A DNA stretch of 64,000 bases from the NCBI RefSeq assembly GCF_006345805.1, contig NC_042998.1, positions 195,424,001 through 195,488,000 of the forward strand, written 5' to 3'. The position numbers and the translations under genes were made by a program. The stretch is from Octopus sinensis (taxonomy: Eukaryota). Positions within the stretch are counted from its first letter, which is position 1. Every line of letters begins with the position of its first letter. Below are positions 1 to 64,000 of the stretch, one piece after another. A model generated the notes under the pieces. That model saw only the letters and a list, made by a program, of their open reading frames with translations. It ran no database searches and had not been told where the DNA came from.

Positions 1-1030
1 ACTAAAGAATAAATTGTCGACACTGAGTATGCACACAATAAATGTAAACAAATCCCTATACAATCTCTCTGTGGGCAGACAATAAAGGTTCAACTGGTTT
101 CGATCCTACTTGGGACACTCAACAGTTTACTGTTCACAGGGATAATGTACACACACACACACACGCGCGCGCGCACGTGTGTGTGCATGTATGCATGCAT
201 GCGTGCATGCGTGTCTCTTCTAGATTTAAACATTTAAATTCTTCCTCTGAAGAAGGAGCTTGTTTCTAACAAAGATACAAAGTTCCTTTCTTTGGAATGT
301 AGATAGCGAAAACAACGTCACATTTTAAACCCGAGAAAAGCCTTGCATAGTTTTACTGTTTCTCTTACAGATCGTATTTGTAATATGCGAATCGGTTGGT
401 TGATTACTTTTTCTGAAAATGTATGTATGTACGTGTATGTATGTATGTGTAAATTGACACTTTATACATGTGTTTCAGTAAGCATATAACAGATGGGTGT
501 ACACTGACCTCTAATTTGGGTTCAAACAGAGCTTGAATAGGAGTCTATTTGCAGTTTCCCGATGTCTTCAATTACGCATGTAGTGTTGATTAAACTTGTA
601 TAATTACTCTATATATTTTACTCAAGAATGCAATCACAGTCTCAAAGACACTCTCAATTGTCCATCCATAATTAATTCAACTACCTGGCAGCATTACACT
701 GCTTTTGCAAATCGGGTTTTCCGGTTTAATGAAATCACTACATTCAGTGACTAAACACACACACACACACCGAGTGTCTCTATGGATAGATACGCGATCG
801 CAGTTCCTAATGAATATCTCAAATAGGGTCGAAACTGCTTCTTTTTCTGTTCACAGAGAAATTTTATTGGTGTTTGTTTACATTTCCTAGTGTTCTCAAC
901 ACAATATCAGCTAAAATTTGTTTTACCACAATAGTTTTCCTCTGTAATATAGGAAACACTGAAAGGCTGAAGATACGCTGGAGCTGTGTCGGGTGATGTG
1001 TTGCTGGGTGACTCAGAAGAATAGAGAATG

Positions 1031-1079
<49 letters not shown>

Positions 1080-1808
1080 GTGTAACTGATTTGTAGTGTA
1101 ATGTGGGTTTGAACTGAATTTTGTAAAGACTGAAGTATTTCTAGCTTCGAAGATAAAGTCTGACATTTGGGGTGGAAATTGTGCAACATTACTGATATTT
1201 GGTCACAATTAAAGATCATCTGATGTTGTGAGGTTTAACATTTTAGTGCGTTTCAGGATCTTAGTTGTGTGTTGGTTCGGAACATGAAGAGTATAGTTCA
1301 GTATGGCTGTTTCATGTTGATGATAGAGATGAGGTTGTTATGCTTTTCTTATGTTTCTTGGAAAGATGAGGCTGACAGTGCATGCAGCAGATATTTTCAA
1401 TTAATTTCCTGTTTCTAAAAATTTTTAAACTAATTTAATTTAATTTACCAAAATTGGTGCGGCGTTAGAAATTTACTATTGAAACTCTAGAATCGACTAA
1501 CAAAAGAAGAAAACTAAATCCTTTTTTATCTATCTCATCGTCCAATTTCGATCTGAGTTCAATTTTCAATAGTAGCTTAATTTTAAATCCGATTTAATAC
1601 ATTTGCACACACTTTTAAAATCTCCACCACTTTATTTTTTACCCTTTCTTTTTTTCCTTTTCTTTTTCGTGTTTTTTTTTCTTTTGCAAATATTTTATAT
1701 TTTAAGATTTCAAACAGCAAATTATTGATGTGATAAAAAGATCATTTCATATCAGTTCTGATCTGCCATATTTTATATTCTTCCCACTTTTGACTTTTCC
1801 CGTTTCAG

Positions 1809-62795
<60,987 letters not shown>

Positions 62796-62916
62796 GTGAG
62801 TATAAGAAAAACAACGAAAGGGTCACACCCATACGTATATATGTTTTTTTGGCGATGTTTCGGTTGTCGTAGCACATCGCCGTTTTTTTTTTTTTTTTGC
62901 ACGAATGGAACAATAA

Positions 62917-62955
<39 letters not shown>

Positions 62956-63026
62956 TACAACACCACGACTAAAGACAGAAAGACACGGATACAAATAAAA
63001 TATAATACACACACACAAAAGACAAA

Positions 63027-63183
63027 CGTGTGGTAAGTCGCTTGCTAACCAACCACATGGTTCCGGGTTCAGTCCAACTGCGTGGCATCTTGGGCAAGTG
63101 TCTTCTGCTATAGCCCCGGGCCGACCAATGCCTTGTGAGTGGATTTGGTAGACGGAAACTGAAAGAAGCATGTCGTATATATG

Positions 63184-63261
<78 letters not shown>

Positions 63262-63478
63262 TTGTGTTTGTGTGTCTGTGTTTGTCCCCCTAGCATTGCC
63301 TGATAACCGATGCTGGTGTGTTTACGTCCCCGTCACTTAGCGGTTCGGCAAAAAGAGACCGATAGAATAAGTACTGGGCTTACAAAGAATAAGTCCCGGG
63401 GTCGATTTGCTCGACTAAAAGCGGTGCTCCAGCATGGCCGCAGTCAAATGACTGAAACAAGTAAAAGAATAAAAGAAA
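63027..63478 (+). mobile_element. SINE family A
   Basis: Matches the other copies. Confidence 0.9.
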
Positions 63479-63519
63479 AAATACCAATGATAAATATAAG
63501 ATATAGAGATAAATATGTG

Positions 63520-64000
63520 CCGTAAATCCTCGAGTATAGTCCGCCCTTGAGTATAATACGCAGGGGATCTTTAGCGGGTTGTACCTCTGAAAAACCTAAA
63601 CCTTGTACATAATACGCACCCCTTCTCTAACTTGAGTCAAGGAGGTCTATATAACGTCCTTGGTTTGTAAAACTGTATAGGGCAACGTCCTTTATTATTA
63701 TTGTATATATAACATAATGCAACCGTGTTGCTTTTTTGTGCATTTTGTTTGCAGAAAATAAAGAAATAACAGTAATAACGTTTAATAAATGTTGCTTACT
63801 GCAAGTTATGGATGATTCTTTTATGACTTCATTGCTTTCAGGCTTAGCTTAAGGTATTTTCGCGCCCGACACCACAAAATGTGTCTGAATAAACATTGCC
63901 AGACAGCAAATAGAGACTCGAACATTGCTTAGAAAATATTTTTTCATTTTTAACCTCATATATAGTAGGCACTAGGGATTTTGACCTTTAAATTTTGGGG
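63520..64000. mobile_element. Tc1/pogo-type MITE, inverted relative to 33025-33530, cut by the window end
   Basis: ccgtaaatcctcgagtatagtccgcccttgag; the interior is the reverse complement of the 33025 copy. Confidence 0.88.

Noticed and set aside
864-1250. Possible Penelope-like RT remnant on the minus strand (HNFHP...FIFE)
   Set aside because: Only one short degenerate motif; too weak to call.

Overview
Eukaryotic, AT-rich, microsatellite- and SINE-dense genomic DNA. The repeat landscape suggests a cephalopod (Octopus-like) genome, but that is inference. The whole window lies inside one + strand gene. I reconstructed 14 GT-AG coding exons (1809-62795) encoding an SLC18 vesicular amine transporter from the end of TM1 to just past TM12; the first and last coding exons lie outside the window. 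The protein is not a canonical VMAT or VAChT. The TM11 aspartate (human VMAT2 D426) is Gln, and there are new Asp/His residues in TM4, TM8 and TM10. This resembles the orphan Drosophila transporter Portabella. One exon (43630-43694) carries a +1 frameshift, and a ~10 kb intron splits what is one exon in vertebrates. The introns hold tRNA-derived SINEs (strongly sense-biased, some as 184-bp tandem multimers), mariner, Helitron, L1/Tx1 and RLE-LINE relics, MITEs, and two tandem duplications. There is also one large inverted duplication that may be an assembly artefact, plus several fold-back elements carrying hammerhead-ribozyme-like cores. Almost all entries in the ORF track are spurious. Repeat boundaries are approximate; exon boundaries were read base by base.
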